Virus record (IMG/VR): IMGVR_UViG_3300040856_003054
Coordinates: 72,141 to 136,140 of that record
Strand: one strand, 5' to 3'
Source of the DNA: a virus
DNA length: 64,000 bases
Part shown: positions 47,601-55,300 of the stretch, piece after piece
Numbering within the stretch: the stretch's first letter is position 1
Layout: every line of letters starts with the position of its first letter
Notes under the pieces: model-generated
The model's database searches: none
What the model was told of the DNA's origin: nothing
The model's input: only the letters and a program-made list of their open reading frames with translations
Translations under genes and position numbers: made by a program

Positions 47601-47724
47601 ATTGTCTAATCCAATTCAAACTCTTAATTTTGAATCATATACCTTAAATGGTATTGGTGGAATATCTACATCAACTTTAGTGAATAGAAGTTCACCTCTT
47701 AAATATTTGAATTATACATCATAG
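35644..47724 (+). CDS. gp7: baseplate wedge initiator gp7 (4026 aa)
   Basis: Position between gp6 and gp8; DFYDSKGT..SFKILF N-terminus; YYQYFSYSLKS...HTSG; HSPIIGWSYDGNPIYGP insert. Confidence 0.85.
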   Translation: MSETRVKIQSIIENQIPDFIAEESPLLIEFLKQYYISQEYPGGSSDLIQNIDKYTKLNEISKSEESTILLSDISFSDTTITVRDPIFTKGFPDRYGIIQVDNEIITYTSKTLTTFEGCIRGFSGVTSYTKPNRPEELVFTSSVAEDHLAGAIVYNLSSLFLQQFLRKIKYQFIPGFSDRSFDSNLNENLFIKQSKDFYDSKGTDKSFKILFAALYGENVEVIKPRDYLFKPSDAGYRRTKDLVVESLLGNPLDLLNKTLYQDEYSDYGIEESYASITDVEKIFLGGKEYFKLSFDSDFDKDIILDGSLYGNFSLHPKTINISSVSAGSTILDVDSTIGFPTSGTIITKYSNGSEASLTYNGKSVTQFYNVINISSEISSGEEIRLDVYAYGYSGITTENKITVRVGSVLEEVEILENTYLFEKNDTARIKTLGISLDNAKTSNWIENIANNYKVASFLLQDISNYTYDLTLYDNHNFRIGDKLNIISSNSESNDSIVIDVLDEKRISIRGQGQLNSNLSYIVSRYILKPNSSLYSYLDNGTANIQNVYTNYFDEVLVASSSIPFYYDQLLNPFDKKVTFSGNFSGIVLQITSSGRDHGFYTGDKVYYSPGKIVTSTTGVDGEIVNVTTESKFPELVEGLYYVKRVNSTSISLSKSPSSLANNEFISVSGTVTSNTISYYDFANKSLQPQNILREVTNPVNKSGNYETNPGKIGILVNGVEILNYKSAETIFYGQIDNLEVSSRGSGYDVLNPPSLDISDPQGIGATGICAVNGSLQRIEIIDPGFDYVNKPFVTITGGNGKNALAEINMVSVEHNSFFNAESSSANVNLFTDTIGFATYHKFRDYERVIYLPDGQKGIAGLTTEASYYVSVIDGFNVKLHEKESEAISGINTVNLNDYGTGIHRFKAAVRKEVISDIIVTNSGEGYQNKERSISVSGISTALSTINIESHGYLTGEEIVYSTNGAVISGLNTASQYIVKKIDENSFKLASVGLGTTSKTYYLETEQFIKFGSTGSGTHTFNYTPIDVNITGNIGVSTLFGQDFSAKIQPIFRGSIDSVYLTTKGSNYGSEEVINYNRQPIFDLISGTGAELITIVNNQGKIAEVLVSRPGSGYNSPPNLLINGKGNYAKLTPIIENGQLVEVKVINGGIGYDGGTTIDAIPAGQNCRLFANIQKWTVNLFQKYFNILGDDDGVVTLSDRDSYGLQYCHLYSPRKLRQSLYAKSQDGSNVSNVIDDLTLYGITDLREVNNEEISSTYHSPIIGWSYDGNPIYGPYGYSTPTGGTAKSMVSGYELVSKPNRPSLTYFAQGFFNEDYEFKGNGDLDEHNGRFCITPDFPNGVYAYFSTISSGSVDTDGPFRGYKRPTYPYLIGTSFYSQPNSFNFSKESNQDEYKFDSFKWFRSTLNYALKSSNSSYNYIFNPDKVKNQTVNVNYASRGKVETIGILTGGTNYNVGDRLIFDNSGTGGLNAAAKVEKVFSKDVTNVSASTTSFSSVEFSTLDGSGQIIGFTTAPHGLKNLELVNVSGLNTYFSKIEGTYNIGVRTDNFITTLGISTIGVTGLTTYFYLSGILDFPYIRENDILGIGTQEKVKVLNVDSTSGRIRVLRGYDSTVSSAYTATTPLYEDPRKFRINTGFKTDYAYSVNREIYFNPQESVGIGTSASVGVGTIVVFSLPGVGVTQVFVPYQSIYLPNHQLRTGEKVNYSTNGGSEILVFDGISSFSLPQTQDLYVANISNNFIGVSTVKIGLGSTGFVGVGTTNSVGLLFFDNFGTGDYHSFTTRRESIIGEISKNIVTVATASTHGLSVGDTVDMVSVPKDTETIVVKYNDNSRRVVFKPQSFLAINVDTSEDTIYIENHGFKNGDKVVYTSASPSGGLSNEGIYYILYYTKDKVRLCSTKYDLNLNVPNYVNITSASDGTLSLINPQLNIYRNKVVVFDLSDSSLSYLSGPTLYSAFDLNFYKDADYKYEFEGTGISRNFEVIRSGRVGIDTTARVSILLNDSVPDNFFYSLENINEDFIGDIKKEIIVDTEVYNHNQINIISSKYTGSHRITGIGTTNAFTFDLTDYPETDSYDQITSNLYYETNSSTAYGAISRVNIINGGYNYQFTPGISTVISNHGSGAIFEVQSNSIGSIIKDEIEDIGFDYPTDLTLSPSLNLPEILQIEPLASFVDITILSAGKNYLTPPGLVVIDGFTKKVVSDVDLRYEIGATKVIIVKNTYGMYNTTPTIIPINNSNGVGINTISYNSTTKDVTVGFNTGFSDVFPFSVGDEVLIENTSVGVGSTAKGYNSSAYDYKLFTVTSVNSALGGNTGSITYNLSDYLFAGEFPGIPDLSVSTGRVVNSNDFPIFDIKLKKNDFFVGESAISQSGIGIVESWNNKIEYLKVSTDSDLLVGETLTGQSSNTRGVIKKKIDFNSFIKLSAISKVNKGWIYDTGFLNNNVQRIADNNYYQYFSYSLKSRVPLETWNDSVQSLNHTSGFLKFSDLMIENQDVDITSAKVFTEDSIADLTVDIVGKGNLNCVYTFDLATEKTTRIGNGLVSNEIILQNRVLTDYFESIGNRVLIIDDISDQFNSNPRSTRFSTVDEFELASARTKKYFTYVRDKRFTAERQILIVSLLHDGTYGYLNQYGRVETYIDLGSFDFNISGTLGQLNFYPIKYSVNDYDISLVSHDLKSNISGIGQSSLGNIVDLKSSQSTIPSGSSSATNIVSIANTYRSAKVLVEIGFVDGSYYEFDEINLLQDGTNVDIVDYGQITDNTITNPYGIPGLGTYIPYIDGSNIKIDFKPNSVLGVGVTINTLTISIASSISSPIGIGTEELITGYISSGISSITASVSPVENIITEYPNNHACAYYIVSVEDTTNQKYQMSEVIVIDDGNDTSITEYGIIQTHSSLGAVGAAVSTNGTQLTFTPEPNIDVQVRVFQNALSLEKINVDQNSIDFTNAEITSNFGIYEGTDRSVKRSFDLTHNQSPIFLRYFDGNDSSIVSVGSGTITIPDHFFVTGEEVKYIYAGAGTTQAIGIAQTSVVGIGTTDKLPQTVYVVKVNESTIKLSGSAEDALKGNPNTFDITSVGIDTSHSFVAVNQNTKNIIAIDNYIQSPIVSTAITTTLSKDASTADNRLTFSGITSFFGGNLIQINDEIMKINTVGLGSTNVILVDRPWMGTGLSTHSTGDLVRVIEGNYNIVENTIHFAEAPYGPTPIGSITNPPNDRDWTGITTHSTFQGRTFLRRGTPNTTQETYESNYIFDGISNQFTGIGKTFTLTTNNQNITGFSTNNAVVLINGVFQGPQGAQAELEDYTLVESVGISSIRFTGTASSVGYDINSGNIPVGGVIVSVGSTSGFGLQPLVAAGGTATVSVGGTISSISIGNSGSGYRIGIQTVVNVGVQTSSTGTPNIEFIGTASVSNGHVIGVTITNPGFGYTSSNPPLVIFDYPLSYTNIPLIYSSSSSQGIGTEAKVDIVVGQGSSVIDFTIKNTGYGYGQNEILTMEIGGNIGIPTDTSKPYSEFQIVINKTYNDFFSGWTLGQLEVLDSFEDLFNGVTKKFPLKLNDSLVTIRSAKGSNIDVKSTLLIFLNDILQKPGEAYFFEGGSVVEFSEAPKEGDTVKVIFYKGSGDIDVIFRDILETIKVGDEVTLNYEPGFDQGFGLQQEERVITGINTTDSLETNPYSGPGITTDDTLIRPIKWCKQTFDKIINGRIVGKDRIQYEPLINPSSYLISAVGFGSTTIYVDNIKPFFDAQNESPLLSFQNQVTFVSQNSLVASSATSVVSISGTITSIDIVEGGYGYSSAPIVTIENPVGLAVSYRATATSTISSGVVDSIQIVNPGIGYTITNPPSVLIEPPTLSKETIDVNVYSGDSGILVGVGTTTLTTIFDLYIPTDSFLRDNTLVGSAITVSGISTGDFFIVYNSNIGSISTSINSYDSSDNIIGVGTQYIDNVYQVSNVETIQSNVIGVGTTAIRRVYIKSGITTTFDSIYSGFSTSNYHGNYSWGKIELSNPIQTLNFESYTLNGIGGISTSTLVNRSSPLKYLNYTS

Positions 47725-47757
47725 AAATAACTAATAAATAAATAAAAACTCTGCAAA

Positions 47758-49326
47758 ATGTCTGCAATAATTACTGATCAACTTCGTATATTAAATGCAA
47801 AGAATTTTATAGCAGGAGTTGCTTCCACTAGTAACTCCTATTATTCTTTTGTTGGATTACCAAATCCTACTGATTATAATGTTGATTGGAATACCAGTCC
47901 ACCATCACCAGTGGATAATTTTAATCAAGAGAACAATCATTGGGATACAATGATTGCGATGAAAAAGATATCTAAGACAGATGTAAGACAAGTAATTAGA
48001 AAAATTACTTGGACATCTGGCGTTACTTATGATATGTATCGTCATGATATCAGTGCAACAAATCCTTCACAACCATCGAATGCTGTAGATTTATATTCTG
48101 CAAACTACTATGTTCTGAACAGCGACTATAGAGTTTATATTTGTCTACAGAATGGATCTTCTCCAGAAAATCCATCAGGAAGACCTTCGCTTGATGAACC
48201 AACATTCACCGACTTAGAACCAAGAGAAGCAGGCACTAGTGGTGATGGTTATGTTTGGAAGTATCTTTATACAATTAGTCCAAGTGACATTGTAAAGTTT
48301 GATTCAACAAACTATATGCCAGTTCCTCCCGACTGGGAAACCAGTTCTAGAGAGGCGGCAGTTAGAAATAATGCATCAACAAGTGGTCAATTAAAAATTG
48401 TTACGATCACAAATAGAGGTGTTGGATTAGGAACTGCAAATAGAACTTATACAAGAGTACCAATTCGTGGTGATGGTTCTGGCGCAGAAGCAACGGTCGT
48501 AATTAATAATGATTCAAAAGTTGAAAGTGTAACAGTTTCTAATGGTGGTTCTGGATATACTTTTGGAACTCTGGATTTAGTTGGCGGTAACGTTCCAACT
48601 GGCACAACATCTCCGGTCTTTAATGTTATTATTCCACCTCAAGGAGGACACGGAGCAGACGTTTATAAAGAGTTGGGTGCCTACAACGTTCTTCTATATT
48701 CAAGAATTGAAAATGATACAGAAAATCCAGATTTCATTACCGGAAATCAAATTGCAAGAGTTGGTATTGTTGAAAGTCCATTAAGTTATGATTCTGATAG
48801 CATTTTAACCTTAGATAAAGCAAGCGCAGTTTATGCACTCAAACTTTCCGGAATTGGATATAGTTCTGTTGTTTTTAACGCAGACACTCAAATTACGCAA
48901 ACAATTGGTGTTGGATCAACTGCTTTTGGAAGAGTAATTTCATATGATCAAAGCACAGGTGTACTGAAGTATTGGCAAGATAGATTCCATTGTGGTTTTA
49001 ATACCAATGGAACTCAAAATGCAGCACCAACATATGGATTTACGATGCATAGATTTACCGCCGACATTGGAAGCGGTGGTTCTTTCAACATTCTGGGTGG
49101 AAGTGCAACACTTGCTATCCAAACTACATTTGGAAGTGAAAGTAATCCTGGTATTAGTACCATAATAAATAGTAGGACATACTACTTGGGTCAACAATTT
49201 ATTAAAGGTGTGTCTCAACCAGAAGTTCAAAAGTACTCTGGAAATATTATTTACGTTGACAATAGACCATCAATTACTCGGTCAACAAACCAAAAAGAAG
49301 ATATCAAAGTTATTTTGCAATTCTAA
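47758..49326 (+). CDS. gp8: baseplate wedge subunit gp8
   Basis: MSAIITDQLRI..A..F; YRVYICL.N; DGYVWKYLYTI; late promoter at 47733. Confidence 0.9.
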   Translation: MSAIITDQLRILNAKNFIAGVASTSNSYYSFVGLPNPTDYNVDWNTSPPSPVDNFNQENNHWDTMIAMKKISKTDVRQVIRKITWTSGVTYDMYRHDISATNPSQPSNAVDLYSANYYVLNSDYRVYICLQNGSSPENPSGRPSLDEPTFTDLEPREAGTSGDGYVWKYLYTISPSDIVKFDSTNYMPVPPDWETSSREAAVRNNASTSGQLKIVTITNRGVGLGTANRTYTRVPIRGDGSGAEATVVINNDSKVESVTVSNGGSGYTFGTLDLVGGNVPTGTTSPVFNVIIPPQGGHGADVYKELGAYNVLLYSRIENDTENPDFITGNQIARVGIVESPLSYDSDSILTLDKASAVYALKLSGIGYSSVVFNADTQITQTIGVGSTAFGRVISYDQSTGVLKYWQDRFHCGFNTNGTQNAAPTYGFTMHRFTADIGSGGSFNILGGSATLAIQTTFGSESNPGISTIINSRTYYLGQQFIKGVSQPEVQKYSGNIIYVDNRPSITRSTNQKEDIKVILQF

Positions 49327-49332
49327 GGAATT

Positions 49333-52300
49333 ATGTCTCAAGAAACCAACCTCAACGTAGCTCCATACTTTGACGATTACAATGAACCAGTAATTGGCGG
49401 TAAAGATAACAATTATTACAAAGTTCTATTTAAACCCGGATATCCAGTTCAAGCAAGAGAATTAACAACATTACAATCTATTCTACAAAATCAAGTAGAA
49501 CAGTTTGGTAATCACTTCTTCAAAGAAGGTGCAAAGGTAATTCCAGGTAACTTAACTTATATTCAAAATTATTATGCAGTACAAGTTGAAAGTAATTTCT
49601 TAGGTATTCCCGTATCATTATATCTTGATAACTTAGTAGGAACTCAAATCCGAGGTGAAAATTCTGGTGTTGTTGCAATTATCAGAAAAGTAATTACGTC
49701 AGAGGAGTCGGAAAGAGGAAATATTACACTTTATGTTGACTATTATCAGTCAAATCAAAATAACCTTTCCACAAGAGATTTTGAAGATGGCGAAAATTTA
49801 ATTACTGACTCAAATATTGCTTTTGGTAATACTTTTATTTCTGCTGGAGAGGGATTTGCAAGAACAATCGCTACTAATTCTACTGCGATTGGTTCTGCAT
49901 TTGCATTAGGCGCAGGAGTTTACTTTATCAGAGGTTATTTGGTTGATGTTGCTGATGAAACTCTAATCCTGGACCAATATACCAATACTCCAAGTTATAG
50001 AGTAGGTTTTGATGTTATTGAGGAAATTATATCCGCAGATGTTGATCCTAATCTAAATGATAATGCAAATGGTTTTAATAACTTTGCAGCACCAGGTGCT
50101 GATAGATTAAAAATAACAGCACAACTATCAAAAAAACCAATAGATTCGTTTGATTATCCAAACTTTATTGAACTTGCAAATGTAAAAGATGGTGTCCTCA
50201 GAAAAATAAACAAAAATACTGAGTACAATCTTTTAGCAGATGAGTTTGCAAGAAGGACCTTTGATGAATCTGGCCATTACTATATTAAAGCATTTAATAC
50301 TTATTGTAGAGAAAGTTTAAATGATGGAAAGGGAAATAATGGAATTTATTTGGAGAATCAATTAACTTCTTCTGGAACTTTACCCTCCGAAGATTCTTTA
50401 GTTTATAAAATCAGTCCAGGAAAAGCGTATGTAAGAGGATATGAAGTAGAAACGATTGCTCCAATTTTCTTAGATGCACCAAAAACAAGAACAACTAAGT
50501 TATTGGAAAATCAATCCGTTAACTTTAGTTTTGGATTTTCTTTAAATCTGAACAGAGTTTCTGGATCTCCTTCTATTGGAATTAATACTTCTTCAACTAT
50601 TAGTTTAAGAAATGAAAGAGTTGGTTTAAGTTCATATACTCCTGCAGGAAAAGAGATAGGAATTGCAAGAGTTTATGATTTTGCTCTAGAATCTGGTGGA
50701 TATGAGTTAGAAAATCAAAATATCAATAGATGGGATATTTCTTTATTTGATGTTCAAACATATGGTGACTTAACACTTAACCAACCAATTACACTGAATA
50801 CTCCAACTTACATTAGAGGTGATTCTAGTGGTGCTACTGCATTCCTAAAGAATAATGTATCTGTTGGAACTGCGCTCACAGTTTATCAAATTTCAGGAAA
50901 CTTTATTAATGGTGAGAAACTAGTATTTGATAGTACTAATGATACTAGAGTAAGTATTGGTTTTACGAACTATGGCATTTCTGAAGTAAAATCTTTATAT
51001 GCAAATGTAGGTGCATCAAAAACTTTCTCTGCAGATACTTTACAATCAGTTTCTGCATTAGTTGGTAATGGCAATGCTACTATTACAGGTTTTTCTGCAG
51101 GTGTAGCAACAGTAACGAGTCCAACAGTTGCTTTTCCTGGAATTGTAACTACCGGTAATTTGATTCAGTACACAAGACCTGGGTTTACTGTAAAATCATT
51201 TGCAAAAGTTGATGAAGTTTTAACAAATTCTATTATCGTCAGTGGTATTACTACAGTAACTGGAGTTTGTGATGGTGGATTACCTGCATCATCAACTACC
51301 GTGAATGATCTTTCTGTTCTTTATACAAGACTTCCAGGAACACAAAACGACGAAAAATTATTCTCAACTCTTCCTAAGTCAAATGTCAATTCTGTAGATT
51401 TGACCGGTTCAACAATAATAATAAGAAAAGAGTTCAGCACTTCTATCGTAGATAACTCTACATCACCAATAACTGCAGATTCTAATGAGGTATTTTTACC
51501 TTTTGATGAAGAGAGATATGTTTTAACTAGATCTGACGGAACTATTGAAGTACTGACAGAAGATAGATTTCAATATTTCAATGGTTCTAATGAAATTGTA
51601 ATCAATGGTTTAGGTAGTAACGATGCGAATTGTAAACTTATTGCGACTCTTAGAAAAAGTTCAATAACTTCTAAAGTTAAGAGAAAGGCACGTATAGAAT
51701 CTTTAGTTGTAAATAAATCTAAGTATGATTATTCGGGAACTGGTTCAACATCAAAAAATGATGGTTTAGTTTTCGGAGATTATCCATTTGGAACAAGAGT
51801 TCAGGATGAAAAAATTTGTTTAAATGTTCCTGACGTTATTAAGATACATGCGATTTATGAATCAACTAATACATCAGATCCAGTATTACCCAGTATAACT
51901 GTTGGTTCTTTAGATGGACCTAGTTCCACGACTAGTGATTTAATTATTGGAGAAGAATTTGTTGGAACAATTAGTGGTGCAAGAGCACTTCTTGCCGAAA
52001 GATTAGATAGTTCTAAAGTATCATTTGTATATTTAAACGAAAGCGTCTTTAGTGATGGAGAAGTTGTCGAATTTTTAGAATCTAGTGTTAATGGAATTTC
52101 TTTTGCATTAAACCAAGGAAGTAAAAATATAACAAGTAACTATAATTTTAATAATGGACAGAAATTAACTCATTATGATTATAGTTATATTTTAAGAAAA
52201 CAAAATGTAAAAGAACCTTTGAGAAAATTAAGAATTATATATTCTCAAGCTTTCTACGATTCATCAGATAGTGGCGATATAACTACAGCAAGTTCATATG

Positions 52301-55300
52301 ATAGTTTTGATTATGGAAAAGAAGTGCAGTTGGTGGATATATTCAGAAACACTGATATGTTGGACGCCAGGCCAAGGGTCAGCAACTATGCAGTTGCTGA
52401 AGGAATAAGATCTCCATTTGAATTTGAAGGAAGATCATTTACAGGTGGAAACCATAGTTCAGATCATGTGTTAGCATCTGATGAGTCTGAAACAATAGCA
52501 TTTACGTATTATTTGCCAAGAATTGACAGAATTTATCTTACTAGAGATGGTAGTTTTCAGTTAAAATTAGGCGAGCCCTCTGATAATCCAAAGCTTCCAG
52601 AAGAAGTATCTAATGGATTAAATATTGCAAATATTGCTTTACCACCATATCTTTATAATGTAAGAGATGTAGAAATAACTTTTGTTGACCATAAGAGATA
52701 TCAAATGAGTGATATCTTTAGATTGGAAAACAGAATCAAGAATCTTGAGTATTATACTAGTTTGTCTCTTCTTGAGAACAATACGGCAAATCTATTCATT
52801 TCAGATTCTGTTGGTTTCAATAGATTTAAGTCAGGATTCTTAATTGATAATTTTTCTTCTGTCGGCGTACAAGATAATAGTATAGGTGTAAAAAATAGCG
52901 TAGACCTAGAGAATGGTCAATTGAGACCATCTCATTATACAACTTCATTGAATTTGGAGATTGGTTCTGATGCCATAACAGGAATTGGAACAACGACAAA
53001 TGCAAATCAAGATAGAAAATATTTAAACAATATCCTGGGGACAAATATTAAGAGAACGGGCGATGTTATTAGTTTAGATTATGACGATACTGTTTGGTTA
53101 GAACAACCATTTGCTACAAGAGTTGAAAACGTAACTCCATACCTAGTAAAAACTTGGGAAGGAACAATTCAACTAGAACCCACTGTCGATGTTTGGATTG
53201 ATGTTAATCTTTTAGAAATTAGGGATGTTAGAGTTGAAGGTTCGTTCCAAGGTGTAGCGGAAGCCCTAAGAGCAGAGATCCAAGACACTGCTGATGGTTC
53301 AAGATTGGGAGTTAGCCCAATAATTTGGAACTCTTGGGAAACAAATAACATAAGACAAAATCTTGGAATGACTTTGACAGCGAGTATGGACACTACTCAA
53401 AACAGTTTCCAAACTGGCGCAAGAACTAAAGAAGGAACACCTATAGTTCAAACAGACACAACATCAACTCTCAATATTGGTGGAAGTGTAAGTCTCACAA
53501 CCAATTTAGATCAAAGAAGAACAGGTGTTCAGCATACGGTTAGAGAACAAATTAATACAGAATCTCTTGGTGATAGAGTTATTAGTAGAAATATTATTCA
53601 ATTCATGCGTTCAAGAAACATTGAATTTACTGCAAGACGCATGAAACCAAATACTCAATTATATACATTCTTTGATGGTGTAGATGTATCCAGCTTCTGT
53701 ACGCCAAAATTACTTGAAATTGAAATGACATCAGGAACATTCTTGATTGGTGAAGGTGTTTTTGCAGAATCTGGCGTTTTCCAAACAGTTGAGGGTGTTG
53801 ATCCCAATTCTCTACCATATATTGAGTTTAGACTTGCTACACCAAATCATAAATATGGACCATATAACAACCCAACTGATTTTTATGATGAAAATCCATA
53901 TGACAGGGGAAATACACTCCCAGCAACGTATTCATCAACTACTACTGTTTTAAATATTGATACCTTCAGTCTTGCAAACGAAAGACAACCATTGTTCTGG
54001 GGAAATGCAAGACCTGGAATGATTTTAAGAGGAATCACTAGTAGAGCAACTGCAGTAGTTAAGAGTGTCAGACTTGTAACTGATAGATTGGGAACACTTC
54101 AGGGCAGTTTCTTTATTCCTGATGGAAATGTTTCAAATAATCCAATTTTTGAAACTGGTAGATCCGTCTTCAGATTAACAAACAGTTCTACTAATTCTAG
54201 AATTGAAGGCATATCTACAACATCTGCTGAGGAGATATTCTACTCGCAAGGTGATATTGATAATACTCAGCAAGTTACTCTTTCTTTAAGAAATGCAAGA
54301 GTTGAGCATGAGGATTTTGAAGAAACTAGAACTCTTAGTGTGTCCACTACGGCAACCGCAAATGCAACTGCTCAGACCACAGAATCTCGCCAACAAAGAC
54401 ACCTTGACCCTCTCGCACAATCATTCTATGTAGATGATGAAACTGGTATTTTTGTAACTAAACTTGACGTTTTCTTTAGGACAAAAGATTCTACTCTTCC
54501 AGTTTACTGTCAACTTAGAGAAGTTGAAATCGGCATACCTACTAAAAAAATTATTCCATTCTCCGAAATTGAACTTGCGCCAGATAAAGTTAATATATCA
54601 AATGATGCTAGCGTACCAACATCATTTGAATTTGAATCACCAATTTATCTAAATGGACAAACTGAATACGCATTTGTTCTTCTATCAGATTCTACAGAAT
54701 ATACTGCCTGGATTTCTAGATTGGGAGAAGCGGATGTAACTTCTGCAGCAAATGAATCGGGTCAAGTTCTTGTATCTGCACAACCATTATTAGGTTCTCT
54801 ATTTAAATCACAGAATGCTTCCACCTGGGATGCAAGTCAATATGAAGACCTGAAGTTTATTTTACATAGAGCAAGTTTTATTTCTAATGGTTCGGTTCAG
54901 TTCTTTAATCCAACATTACCAACAAATGGAGTTGACGTTTTAAGAAATAATCCATTTGATATTGATTCAAAAACTATTAGAATAGGAATTGGAACAACAG
55001 TCAATGATTCTGACTTATCTAATGGAAACACTATTATCCAATTGCAATCAAATGCAACAGGAACTCTTATTGGCCTTGCTGGAACAATATCATCTTTAAA
55101 TATAACAAATTCTGGTATTGGTTATACGCCTAGTGCAGGTCAAACTACATTTAATAATTTAACACTATCTAATATTTCCGGAACAGGAAAGAATGGAACT
55201 GCAGATGTTACTATTTCCAATGGAATAGCAATTGCCGCAACAGTTTCTGATGGTGGTTATGGATACTCAGTTGGAGATTTACTTACAATTTCCACGATAG